Shown here one piece after another: positions 34,393 to 47,400 of a DNA stretch of 64,000 bases. Each line of letters opens with the position of its first letter. The stretch's first letter is position 1. Source of the DNA: Eledone cirrhosa (lineage: Eukaryota); assembly GCA_964016885.1 (NCBI GenBank), contig OZ024741.1:405666001-405730000 (forward strand), given 5' to 3'. A model generated the notes under the pieces. It was not told where the DNA came from and did not search any database. It saw nothing but the letters and a program-made list of their open reading frames with translations. Made by a program: the position numbers and the translations under genes.

Positions 34393-34731
34393 GAAATCAG
34401 CTTTATTCAGACCTAGAGTGGGATGGGTTGCGACAGGCTTAACCTGCCCTACAAATGCCGTATTACGGTAATCATGATGTCTAATCGGTTGACTAATCAG
34501 TGACAAATGACGCAATTCAATTTAAAAAAAGGATCCTTTAACATCTACACTGATCTTTGCATTTTCCTTATTATATATCAACATTTCTATACCTTTACAA
34601 CCCATCTTTATAGTCATAATGGTCATATTAGTAGCCTATTGGACACTTGATTAGCACTGGTGGTAATAGAAATGGTAGGACATCATTCACTCGATCTCAA
34701 ATGTCTCAGTGTTTGAGGAATGACAGTTATT

Positions 34732-35460
34732 AGTGGATGGATTGGCAGTATCGGTAGAGGGTCAGACACCATGCTTTGCAGCAAAGAGTTACAGCCCTTT
34801 ATGGTCTGAGTTCAAATCCCACCGAGGTTAACTTTGCCTTTCATCTTTACGGGGTCGATAAAATAAAATACCAGTAATACACTGGGATAACTGCTGGCCT
34901 TGTGTCCAAAGTAGAAACAATTATTAGTGGATTGGTCGTATCAGTAGAGTGTCGGACAATATACTTTGTGGCATAGGCTTACGACCTTGTACATTCTGAG
35001 TTCGAATCCTGCCGAGGTTAGCAGGATCAAGAACATAAAGCGCCAGTACCTTGTGGGGTCGATTTAATCGACTTACCGCTCCCTTTCAAATTGGTGGCTT
35101 TGTGCCTAAAGTAGAAACAATTACCTCCCTTTATGATCTGAGTTCAAATCCCGCCGAGGTTAACTTTGCCTTTCATCCTTACGGGGTCGATAAAATAAAG
35201 TACCAGTAATACACTGGTATATTGCTGGCCTGTTGCCAAAAGTAGAAACAATTATTATTGTTTGACAGTGGATTGGCAGTATCGGTAGAGGGACGGACGC
35301 CATGTTTTCCAGCATAGAGTTACGCCCCTTTATGGTCTGAGTTCAAATCCCTCCGTGGTTAACTGTGCCTTTCATCCTTACGGGGTCGATAAAATAAAGT
35401 ACCAGTAATACACTGAGATAATTGCTGGCCTTGTGCCAAAAGTAGAAACAATTATTATTA
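34732..35460 (+). mobile_element. Tandem cluster of four family-1 SINE copies (one 5'-truncated)
   Basis: Units at ~34732-34926, 34927-35123, 35124-35258 and 35268-35460, each ending GTAGAAACAATTA(TT). Confidence 0.82.
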
Positions 35461-35519
35461 TAATTAGCTCCACACATGTGAGAGTTACATTTTGTTTATC
35501 TGTTGATGTTAGTAAATCG

Positions 35520-35680
35520 ATGGCGGCGAATTGGCGGAGTCGATAAAATGTTGGATAGAAAGTTTTGCGGTATTCATTTCAGCTCGCTACTCTCTGGGTA
35601 CAAATCCTGCCGAGGTCAACTTTGCCTTTCACCCTTTCGCGTGGATAAAAAGTGGCAGTCAAGTACTGGGATCGATTCTT
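35520..35680 (+). mobile_element. Diverged family-1-related SINE
   Basis: AAATCCTGCCGAGGTCAACTTTGCCTTTCA body motif. Confidence 0.6.
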
Positions 35681-36380
35681 CCTTTATATCGATTTCTCAC
35701 TTCTATTCTCTCACTCTCTAACCTCTGGCAGAAATCTGTTATATTCAGACCTGAAGAGGAGATGGGCTCCACCAGGTTTTAAAATGCTCTAGTAATGTCG
35801 GGCGTCAATACGGTGCCCCTACGACTCCTTCAGGAGTTAAGGACTATACACCCAGGCATTGATTAGTAAATCGGCCATTGTCGTTCACCTCGTATTGTGT
35901 TGAATTCTATACAGATTTATAGTGTTTCTACCTAATTCAGTCCCATCTAATTTGTTTTACATGTACTCAATAAATATGTATTTCGGTGGCTCCCTGGTCT
36001 AAGTGCATGGTTAACCGATGGGGGAGTGTCGTGCTTGTGTGATTAATGTAAACAATTCTAGTCAGAATTTCACAATATGAATATGACATTGGTCATGTAC
36101 AGTACGTTCTGTGGTTTTGCCACTCTGTTGTTTTGTGTTGAGAAGGAGGGGGGGGGGGGGGGCAGTATATTCAAACTGTGAGTTTGTGGTAAGAATCGAC
36201 GTATTTGTTTTATTTTAGTAATGAATTCATCCATTCCTAAAATGAGGGGGCTTTTGGTTCTGGTAAAAATTAAAATGTGTGGTTTGTGTATTGTTTATTG
36301 ACATTTTCATCATACAGAATACCGGTACACTATCGCAGAAACACATATACACACATTTCACATATAATGGTTTCTTATAT

Positions 36381-36593
36381 AGGCACAAGGCCAGGAATTT
36401 TTTTGGGGGGTGGGGTGGGGGGGGGGCGATTAAATCGACCATCAGTGCGTGACTGGTACTTTATTTTTTATCGACCCCGTAAGGATGAAAGGCAAAGTTA
36501 ACCTCGGCGGAATTTAAACTCAGAATGGCAAGGGCCGTAACTCTAAGCGTCAAAGCATGGCGTCCGACCCTCTACCGATACTGCCAATCCACC
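36381..36593 (-). mobile_element. Family-1 SINE, minus strand
   Basis: Reverse complement of the family-1 consensus (ends ctctaccgatactgccaatccac). Confidence 0.8.
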
Positions 36594-36959
36594 GTCCTCA
36601 CGTTTCACATATAATACACACAGATATACAGAGTACAGGTGAGGGCAAATGTTTCATTTCCTATTGAAGACCATCAGGTATCATTGATTGCAAGTCATGC
36701 CCCACCAGACCACCGATGGTGTCATGATGCCATAATAGGCCGCAGACATCACTATCAAATTGTAAAGCATCAGAACAGTTATATATTTACCTCACTAATA
36801 ATTTCACCACTCTACCGCCCAGGGCAAGTATATTATATGTATGGACACATAACACCCAATGGAATGGCAGGGACATCGTAGTGGTATACGGCGTTTCTTG
36901 GCTATATTAAAGCTAGTAGAGTAGGTCCCTCCGCAGGTCTGAACATAGTCGATTTCCTC

Positions 36960-37058
36960 CAGAGATAATAGAGGAAGTAAAAAAGATATAGAGAGGAAGT
37001 AAAAGAGATAATAGAGGAAGTAAAAGAGATATAGAGAGGAAGTAAAAAAGATATAGAG
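36960..37058 (+). repeat. Minisatellite, ~4 x 23-24 bp (AGAGATAATAGAGGAAGTAAAAA)
   Basis: Read directly. Confidence 0.8.
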
Positions 37059-37079
37059 GGTATTTTAGTGCTATATTTT

Positions 37080-37210
37080 CTTATTGATGTCGCAAAAAAA
37101 GATGCAAGGCAAAGTTGTCCTTAGCGGGATTTGAACTCAGAGCAGAGAGAGCCAGAACGAATGGCGCAAAATATTTTATTCGACGCTCTAACGACCCTGC
37201 CAATTCTCCG
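37080..37210 (-). mobile_element. Diverged family-1-related SINE
   Basis: aaggcaaagtt...gcgggatttgaactcaga reverse-complement motif. Confidence 0.55.
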
Positions 37211-37571
37211 ACAAGCATAGAAAATAAGGATATCGAAAGAGTGAAAAATAAAATGAACCTCGGTTGAAGTTTGAAAACAGATACGATAGAATGTATAGAA
37301 ATGTGTATAGCAAGATAAACTAGCACTGGAGACGATATGTCTCCATACCTTATCTCAAGGATATTTATTTTGTTAGCTCTAAATGGGTTAATGTCCTGTT
37401 GTCACATATATTGGCACACATACAAAGGAGACAATGTGAAGGTAAAATAAACCATTCTAACCGGGTTATCCCCTTTTGCAAGTAAACTGTTAATATTCCC
37501 CTTTCGTTGCAAGGTCGTTTTAATTTATTAATATGCAAATTCGTATTTGACTTTTTTCAACACCACACATT

Positions 37572-37624
<53 letters not shown>

Positions 37625-37953
37625 ACACAAACACACACACATATATATATATATATTGAGTGTAAAAGACGAAGCTCATTACTATTTTGTGGATGTGTAT
37701 ATGTCACAAGAGCTTTTTTATTGGAGAAGGTAACAAGTTTAATATATTCTATAATTCATATTTTTACTTTATTTTTACTGTCAATTACATACACAGAAAT
37801 AGAGAGGAATTAAAGAAAGTTTATTTATTCGATATATAAATTAAATGATAGTTTTGCTGGCCATAGGCAAGTCCCTAGCAGTACTAAAAAACCCACTTAC
37901 GTGATGCTCATGCTTAAATATCAAGCGATGGCATTACTCGAAATCAAGTTGCA

Positions 37954-38026
<73 letters not shown>

Positions 38027-38076
38027 AGTATGTATGTATACGTACATACATATATGTATACAGACGTACAGTAGCA

Positions 38077-38156
<80 letters not shown>

Positions 38157-38235
38157 TACACATATGCATACAGGTACACATACATATATGCACGCATCAG
38201 TTTAGCCGAACGTTCAACTATCTGGCAGATGGGTA

Positions 38236-38280
38236 AACGGTGCTGATGATAGCTAACAAGCTTGAAACTAGTACATCGTT
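38236..38280 (+). ncRNA. Type I hammerhead ribozyme
   Basis: AACGGUG CUGAUGA U AGCU AACA AGCU U GAA ACUAGU A^ CAUCGUU: 7-bp helix I, 4-bp helix II, palindromic helix III; distal pairing GUUCAAC/GUUGAAC. Confidence 0.82.
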
Positions 38281-38442
38281 CCTGTGTCAGTGTTGAACAA
38301 AAAGGTGACGTGGTTGCCTTAACACCGTATGGCATAAATTCAGGCTGTTCGGTTTGTTGACAAACAAATGAACAAAGCGGCCGGCGTTATAATAAACGTC
38401 GGCTAAACTGATGCGTGCATATATGTATGTGCACCTGTATGC

Positions 38443-38481
<39 letters not shown>

Positions 38482-38715
38482 TGCTACTGTACGTCTGTAT
38501 ACATATATGTATGTACGTATACATACATACTTACATTTAAGTAAGTGCCATACTAAGAGTGAGAAATGAAATTTCGTTTTCATTTTTTTCAACTTATCGT
38601 TTTCGGTATGCCTGACCGATTTAACTCACTCAATATGCAAATTAGGCTGCTCAGCCGTTAATTTTCATAAGGAAAGTATATACTTTCGAACGTTCAACTA
38701 TCTGGCAGATGGGTA

Positions 38716-38760
38716 AACGGTGCTGATGATAGCTAACAAGCTTGAAACTAGTACATCGTT
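38716..38760 (+). ncRNA. Type I hammerhead ribozyme (tandem copy)
   Basis: Identical to 38236-38280. Confidence 0.82.
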
Positions 38761-38931
38761 CCTGTGTCAGTGTTGAACAAAAAGGTGACGTGGTTGCCTT
38801 AACACCGTATGGCATAAATTCAGGCTGTTCGGTTTGTTGACAAACAAACGAACAAAGCGGCCGGCGTTATAATAAACGTCGGCTAAACTGATGCGTGCAT
38901 ATATGTATGTGTACCTGTATGCATATGTGTA

Positions 38932-39019
<88 letters not shown>

Positions 39020-39131
39020 TGCTACTGTATGTCTGTATACATATATGTATGTATGTATACATACATACTTACATTTAAGTAAGTGCCATACTAAGAGTGA
39101 GAAATGAAATTTCGTTTTCATTTTTTTCAAC

Positions 39132-39261
<130 letters not shown>

Positions 39262-39307
39262 AACTAAAATAAATAAGTCAAATGTTTAAAATTTGGCTTC
39301 GTTTATT

Positions 39308-39362
39308 ACTGCTATATATATTTCGGTGACAGCCATCTTTGGCTGTGACCTCTTCAGGCAGT
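39308..39362 (-). ncRNA. Type I hammerhead ribozyme
   Basis: Reverse complement of 40208-40262. Confidence 0.82.
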
Positions 39363-40207
39363 CTGAATTAGTGTGGTAGAGACGAGTACACATGTTGTTG
39401 AGGTGTTTAACTTTGTCAATACTCTGATATGCCCTGTTCCTGGTTGGGTTGTTCTTTCACTGAGGAACTGGAATTATATGAATTTAAACAAAGGACATCT
39501 TCTCCTCCCATTGGTCAGGTCCGGCCAAGAGGTGTCCGCATGGCACAGCCCCCCCCCCCACCACCACCACGAGAAATGGTGGCAGGATGGATGAAGAAAC
39601 ACACACAGATACTTCTAAATGTCAGCAGCAGCAACACCACTACCAAAATAAGGGTAGAGGTCAGATGTACTTAACAATAGCAAAAACAAACACTACAGGT
39701 AGCCTCACCCCAGAAAGAATTTCTATAGACTTTTGACTGAGGAATGCTCTCACAACTGACCAATGGGAGGAGTGTCCTTACAAATCTTTATAACATTGAG
39801 ATTGGGTTTAACACACACACACATTTTATTTGATTATCTTATTTTATTTTGTTCCTTTACCATCTTATTCCTTCTACCACTTTATCATTTTTTTTAGCTG
39901 ACTTCAACACGAACACCACTACCAACATAAGAGTAGAGGTCAGATGTACTTAACAATAACAAGAACAACCACTACAGATTGCCTCACCTCAGAACGAATT
40001 TCTATAGACTTTTGACTGAGGAATGTTCTCACAACTGACCAATGGGAGGAGAAGATGTCCTTTGACGCTGAAATTTGTTTGTTTAAATTCATATGATTTC
40101 AGTTCCTCAGTGAAAGAACAACCCAACCAGGAACAGGGCATATCAGAGTATTGACAAAGTTAAACACCTCAACAACATGTGTACTCGTCTCTACCACACC
40201 AATTCGG

Positions 40208-40262
40208 ACTGCCTGAAGAGGTCACAGCCAAAGATGGCTGTCACCGAAATATATATAGCAGT
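40208..40262 (+). ncRNA. Type I hammerhead ribozyme
   Basis: ACUGC CUGAAGA GGU C ACAGCCA AAGA UGGCUGU C ACC GAAA UAUAUA UA^ GCAGU: perfect helix I and long helix II. Confidence 0.84.
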
Positions 40263-40406
40263 AATAAACGAAGCCAAATTTTAGACTTTGACTTATTTAT
40301 TTTAGTTTATTTTACATTACTCCAGAGTAACCAAACCAACCTGCGCACTTCGTCGAGTGCTCCAATCTGCATACTGATGTGTTGGTATACAACCAACATA
40401 TACTAA

Positions 40407-40446
<40 letters not shown>

Positions 40447-40819
40447 TAAAGTCAGAAGAAACGCATATGTATATATACATAAGTGTAGTTCACCTTCAAT
40501 GATGTGGCTCAAATAATTAATCAGAGCTTTATAAAATTATAAGTTTGAACAACAGTCAAATAGAATTTACCTAATCTTTCTTCTTAGTCCGGAGAAATTA
40601 ACTAAATAAATAATCAATTAAACGGAGCTAAGTTTAAAATCTGCCTGTTCTTCAAACTTATAATTATATATATATATTTAGAAAAGGGAAGTAAGGTTCT
40701 ATACAAAACAGTGGATATAGAGAAAAGGTGAAGTTGGAAATAGCACAGAAAATATATTTTAAGGTCTGTTTCTTTAATTTCTTTCTTTGATTCGTCAAAG
40801 TGACATTATTGAAAAAATG

Positions 40820-41020
40820 GTGGAAAAGGCGGTGGATTGGCAGTATTGGTAGAGGGTCGGACGCCATGCTTTATAGCAAAGAGGTACGGCCCTTTATGGT
40901 CTGAGTTCAAATCCCGCCGAGGTTAACTTTGCCTTTCATTCTTACGGGTTCGATAAAATAAAGTACCAGTAATACACTGAGATAATTGCTGACCTTGTTC
41001 CAAAAGTAGAAACAATTATT
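40820..41020 (+). mobile_element. Family-1 SINE with a target-site duplication
   Basis: Near-consensus copy flanked by ATTATTGAAAAAATG at 40805-40819 and 41015-41029. Confidence 0.85.
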
Positions 41021-41719
41021 GAAAAAATGACATTATTGAAAAAATGAGACGGACAATTCTTTAAAAAAAACTTTTATAATGTATATAACGTATTTAAAGT
41101 ATCTAAAGTATCTAAACTATATATATATATAAATGAGGATTTTAACGGTACTCCACGTTTGGGTCTTTAGAGGTTGGCAGATCTGATAAATAGACAAGCA
41201 AACAAAGGGATTTTCTGTGTGCTAGCTTGCCTTGCAATAAATAGGTCCGAAATCTTCCTCAAATCATGTCTTACTGTCTTTATATAAATATAAGTAATAA
41301 ATATAAATATTATATGTATATAAATATGTATTTATATAAATATGTATGCGAGAGTGATTGCGTGGTAGATAAACTTGTTAGAAACAACAGCCAAATCTCT
41401 CAAAGGATTTACTATTGTCTTTTCTATAAAAATGCATGAATGCGGCATAATTAAATTTTTGGAAAAATATTTGGAAATGAAAAGTCCAACATTGTTTTGC
41501 CTGAATTCTCTACATACATGAAATACATAAATGATTCATATGTAGGCCAAGCACCTACCGCTATTCTTATTTATATGCATATTGTAAATGGTGCTGACTG
41601 ATCTGAAATTACATAATTACCATCGAATACTCTGCACTTAGATAATTTGCTCTCTGAAACGATCGTAAAACAATGGGTTAGTACCAGGCTTTGCTTCAAT
41701 TATGCTTGCATTGTTTAGC

Positions 41720-41832
<113 letters not shown>

Positions 41833-42204
41833 TCGGTGGAAAAGATGCCATACCTCATACCCTTAAAGAGTGAGGTGAAACTTGTCTAATCGGACCGAGG
41901 AAACAATGTTTCCATTGGTCTTTCAAATTGTTAATACCATCTGTCGGTCGCAATCCAGACAGAAGGAGCAACGTGAAATAAAGTGTCTTGGTTAAGGACT
42001 TAACGCATCGCCCGATCCTGGAATCGAAATCACAACCTCACGAGTTTAAAAGTTCCTCCTCCAATATACAGTGGTGGCCATAACTGGACCCCGAAATCAA
42101 TGGTAGCACATACATGTTAAGTGTATGAACCTTTGTATATACTAAATATGCTCCCTTGGAACAGATTGAGCGCTGTTTTCCTTGATCTTTCATTGACGGT
42201 TTTC

Positions 42205-42288
<84 letters not shown>

Positions 42289-42352
42289 CTCTGCTTTGTA
42301 TTGAGTACCTTACTTATTGTGGTTACTCCCAATTGAACCCGGGATAAACTTG

Positions 42353-42388
<36 letters not shown>

Positions 42389-42944
42389 AGTGTGTGCGCG
42401 TGCATGTGTGTGTGTGTGTGTGTCTGTGTGTGTGTGTGTGTGTGCGAGCGTGCGTATCTATATATGTATTGGTTCTCAATTTCGAGTTGTTTTTTGACCC
42501 GTCACCTTCCCGGTGGCAAGACAGTAAAGTAAAGGAAATTTTTGCCGTCCCTTGTGCGATTTCTTTTATAGAATTTGAAGGTTCCGGATATGGTGGCCAT
42601 GTGTAGCTTATGAATTACGGAGCTGCGTCCTTCTTCCACAAAACCAAGTTTAGTCATACTTTGGTCCAGACCTGAAATCAGGTTCAAATTCTTACAACAT
42701 AGGTGAGCTAGGAGTCAGCTGGAAGTGTTAAACGAGATGACAGATAAATCCTAACACACAAGAAAAAATATAATCCATTCGGTGGACTTCTGCACAGTTT
42801 CCGTCTACCTCTCTTCAACTTTAACAAAAATACAACTCAATGGAACTTAGAATCACGTAACAGCGAAGTAAGGGCCTTGGTACACAAACATGTCTGAAAC
42901 TCTTTGATATTAATAATGTTATATTAAAGAAAACATAAGGGTAA

Positions 42945-43355
42945 TGAATTGTCAGAATCGGTAGAGCGTCAGACAACATGCTTTGTGGCATAGAGGTACA
43001 TCCTTTTATGTTCTGAGTTCAAATCCCGCCGAGATTAGCTTTGCCTTTCAGCCGTACTGGGAGTTTATGAAATAGAATACCAGTAATACACTGGGTCGAT
43101 GTAATAGTTGTTGGCCTGGTACCTAAATCAGAAATCATATTAAAGAAAAGGATGAGGACGAGGGATTGGCAGCATCGGTAGAGCGTCAGACAACATACTT
43201 TGTGGCATATAGTTACGTCCATTTACTTTCTCAGTTCAAATCGCACCAAGGTTAGCTTTGTCTGTCATCCTTACGGGGAGTTTATGAAATAAAGATCAAA
43301 TCAACTTTTCTCCCCTCCTCAAAAAATTGTTGGCCTTGTACCTAAATCAGAAACT
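42945..43355 (+). mobile_element. Two tandem family-1 SINE copies
   Basis: tcggtagagcgtcagacaacat...gttcaaatc...ttggcct.gtacctaaatcagaaa occurs twice. Confidence 0.75.
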
Positions 43356-44024
43356 GTCATATTAAAGGAATTCATAAAAGATAAAAGGAAGAATTCGTCC
43401 TTTATAAGAGCCTTGAAAAGTTGTTTAAATCATGAAATTTAAATCATATCTGAGTTGTTATCACGTGTGTGTGTATGATGTCATGCATGTTACACCATCG
43501 AGTGACTCTTGAAGGCAACGCAGCACTTCTTTGATGATTTAGTAATTTAGCAAAGATATTCATAGGTCAAGTACTACTTCAGGAAATTGCACATCTTCAT
43601 ACGAGAACAGAAGAAAAAAAATGATTTTCTGTTTGTTTTTCAAATTAAGTGTAAAATAAAGAAATAAATAAATTCCTACGGTACTTGTTTAATACAGAAT
43701 TTTGTGTTGTTTTTAGTTTTTGTTTTGTTTTTGTTGTTTTATCTTTCGTTTGGTTTTTGTTAAATTAACGAGGGAATATTTTAAGTAGAAATATCAAATA
43801 CCAAACTTCAAAATGACTTTAAGAAATAAGTGCTATGTGTTCAAATTATTGTATTGGTGCTGTAAGTCTTGGGAGAGTCGTAGAGCGCCATATTGACATA
43901 CGGCGTTTCTAATGGAATGTGAAGCATGGTGGAGCATATCTCGTCTTCAGGTCTGAACACAGAAGATTTCTTCCTAAGAAGGATAGAGTGTGTGATAATG
44001 GAAGTGAGAAAGGGACATAGAAGA

Positions 44025-44180
44025 AGAATCGACCCCAGTACTTGACTGATACTTTTTTTATCGACCTCAAAAGGATGATAGGCGGAGATGGAGTCGGTGG
44101 GATTTTAACTCAGAGAGTAGAGAGTCGAAACGGAAACGACAAAACATTCTATCTGAAGTTCAAATGACTCTACCAATTCA
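44025..44180 (-). mobile_element. Diverged family-1-related SINE
   Basis: aatcgaccccagtacttgactgatact..ttatcgacc..aaaggatga reverse-complement motif. Confidence 0.55.
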
Positions 44181-44400
44181 GCACCGTTCACATTTTAACA
44201 AAATCTCAAATGAATAAATAAATAAATTGAAATCCCGACTTCAGTTAATTTTTTTCTTCATAAAATAATTATTTCTATAATTATTGTAAACAAAGTATAT
44301 TTATTTTAAAGTTTTCTATATACAATAAAATATTCCTTGTTTGTATTTTGAGATCAGAATTTATTTTCAATTTTTATCGAATTTTTTTTTACTTTTTTTA

Positions 44401-47400
44401 ATTCAGGTTATTGAGATTCGGAGAATTGTAGACTAGCTGACAGTATTTAGGTTCATATTGCCTGGTTTATTTCAGGTTATTGAAATTGGAAGAATTGTAG
44501 ACACGCTGAAAGTATTTAGGTTCATACTGCCTGGTTTATTTCAGGTTATTGAGATTGGAAGAATTGTAGACAAGCTGAAAGTATTTAGGTTCAAACTGCC
44601 TGGTTTATTTCAGGTTATTGAGATTAGAAGAATTGTAGACTAGCTGAAAGTATTTAGGTTCATACTGCCTGGTTTATTTCAGGTTATTGAGATTGGAAGA
44701 ATTGTAGACTAGCTGAAAGTATTTAGGTTCATACTGCCTGGTTTATTTCAGGTTATTGAGATTGGAAGAATTGTAGACAAGCTGAAAATATTTAGGTTCA
44801 AACTGCCTGGTTTATTTCAGGTTATTGAGATTAGAAGAATTGTAGACTAGCTGAAAGTATTTAGGTTCATACTGCCTGGTTTATTTCAGGTTATTGAGAT
44901 TGGAAGAATTGTAGACAAGCTGAAAGTATTTAGGTTCAAACTGCCTGGTTTATTTCAGGTTATTGAGATTGGAAGAATTGTAGACTAGCTGAAAGTATTT
45001 AGGTTCATACTGCCTGGTTTATTTCAGGTTATTGAGATTGGAAGAATTGTCAACTAGCTGAAAGTATTTAGGTTCAAACTGCCTGGTTTATTTCAGGTTA
45101 TTGAGATTAGAAGAATTGTAGACTAGCTGAAAGTATTTAGGTTCATACTGCCTGGTTTATTTCAGGTTATTGAGATTTGAAGAATTGTAGACGAGCTGAA
45201 AGTATTTAAGTTCATACTGCCTGATTTATTTCAGGTTATTGAGATTTGAAGAATTGTAGACTAGCTGAAAGTATTTAAGTTCATACTGACTGATTTATTT
45301 CAGGTTATTGAGATTAGGGAGAATTGTAGGCTAGCTGAAAGTATTTAGGTTCATACTGCCTGGTTTATTTCAGGTTATTGAGATTATAAGAATTGTAGAC
45401 TAGCTGAAAGTATTTAGGTTCATACTGCCTGGTTTATTTCAGGTTATTGAGATTAGGAAGAATTGTAGACTAGCTGACAGTATTTAGGTTCATACTGCCT
45501 GGTCTATTTCAGGTTATTGAGACTGGGAGAATTGTAGACTAGCTGAAAGTATTTAGGTTCATACTGCCAGTTCTATTTCAGGTTATTGAGATTATAAGAA
45601 TTGTATACTAGCTGAAAGTATTCAGGTTCATACTGCCTGGTTTATTTCAGGTTATTGAGATTAGGGAGAATTGTAGACTAGCTGACAGTATTTAGGTTCA
45701 TACTGCCTGGTCAATTTCAGGTTCTTGAGATTCGGAGAATTGTAGACTAGCTGACATTATTTAGGTTCATACTGCCTGGTTTATTTCAGGTTATTGAGAT
45801 TAGGGAGAATTGTAGACTAGCTGAAAGTATTTAGGTTCATACTGCCTGGTCTATTTCAGGTTATTGAGATTAGGAAGAATTGTAGACTAGCTGAAAGTAT
45901 TTAGGTTCATACTGCCTGGTCTATTTCAGGTTCTTGAGATTGGGGAGAATTGTAGACAAGCTGAAAGTATTTAGGTTCATACTGCCTGGTCTATTTCAGG
46001 TTCTTGAGATTGGAAGAATTGTAGACAAGCTGAAAGTATTTAGGTTCATACTGCCTGGTCTATTTCAGCTTATTGAGATTAGAGAGAATTGTAGACTAGC
46101 TGAAAGCATTTAGGTTCATACTGCCTGGTCTATTTCAGGTTATTCAGATTAGGAAGAATTGTAGACTAGCTGAAAGTATTTAGGTTCATACTGCCTGGTC
46201 TATTTCAGGTTATTGAGCTTAGGGAGAATTGTAGACTAGCTGAAAGTATTTAGGTTCATACTGCCTGGTCTATTTCAGGTTATTGAGTTTAGGGAGAATT
46301 GTAGACTAGCTGAAAATATTTAGGTTCATACTGCCTGGTTAATTTCAGGTTATTGAGATTAGGAAGAATTGTAGACTAGCTCAAAGTATTTAGGTTCATA
46401 CTGCCTGGTTTATTTCAGGTTATTGAGATTGGAAGAATTGTAGACAAGCTGAAAGCATTTATGTTCATACAGCCTGGTTTATTTCAGGTTATTCAGATTA
46501 GAGAGAATTGTAGACTAGCTGAAAGTATTTAGGTTCATACTGCCTGGTTTATTTCAGGTTATTGAGATTATAAGAATTGTAGACTAGAAGAAAGTATTTC
46601 GGTTCATACTGCCTGGTGTATTTCAGGTTATTGAGATTTGAAGAATTGTAGACTAGCTGAATGTATTTAAGTTCATACTGCCTGGTTTATTTCAGGTTAT
46701 TGAGATTAGGGAGAATTGTAGGCTAACTGAAAGTATTTAGGTTCATACTGCCTGGTCTATTTCAGGTTATTGAGACTGGGAGAATTGTAGACTAGCTGAA
46801 AGTATTTAGGTTCATACTGCCTGGTCTATTTCAGGTTATTGAGATTATAAGAATTGTAGACTAGCTGAAAGTATTTAGGTTCATACTGCCTGGTTTATTT
46901 CAGGTTATTGAGATTCGGAGAATTGTAGACTAGCTGACAGTATTTAGGTTCATACTGCCTGGTCTGTTTCAGGTTATTGAGACTGGGAGAATTGTAGACT
47001 AGCTGAAAGTATTTAGGTTCATACTGCCTGGTCTATTTCAGTTTATTGAGACTGGGAGAATTGTAGACTAGCTGACAGTATTTAGGTTCATACTGCCTGG
47101 TCTATTTCAGGTTATTGAGATTCGGAGAATTGTAGACTAGCTGACAGTATTTAGGTTCATACTGCCTGGTTTATTTCAGGTTATTGAGATTAGGGAGAAT
47201 TGTAGACTAGCTGAAAGTATTTAGGTTCATACTGCCTGGTCTATTTCAGGTTATTGAGATTAGGAAGAATTGTAGACTAGCTGAAAGTATTTAGGTTCAT
47301 ACTGCCTGGTCTATTTCAGGTTATTGAGATTAGGGAGAATTGTAGAGTAGCTGAAAGTATTTAGGTTCATACTGCCTGGTCTATTTCAGCTTATTGAGAT

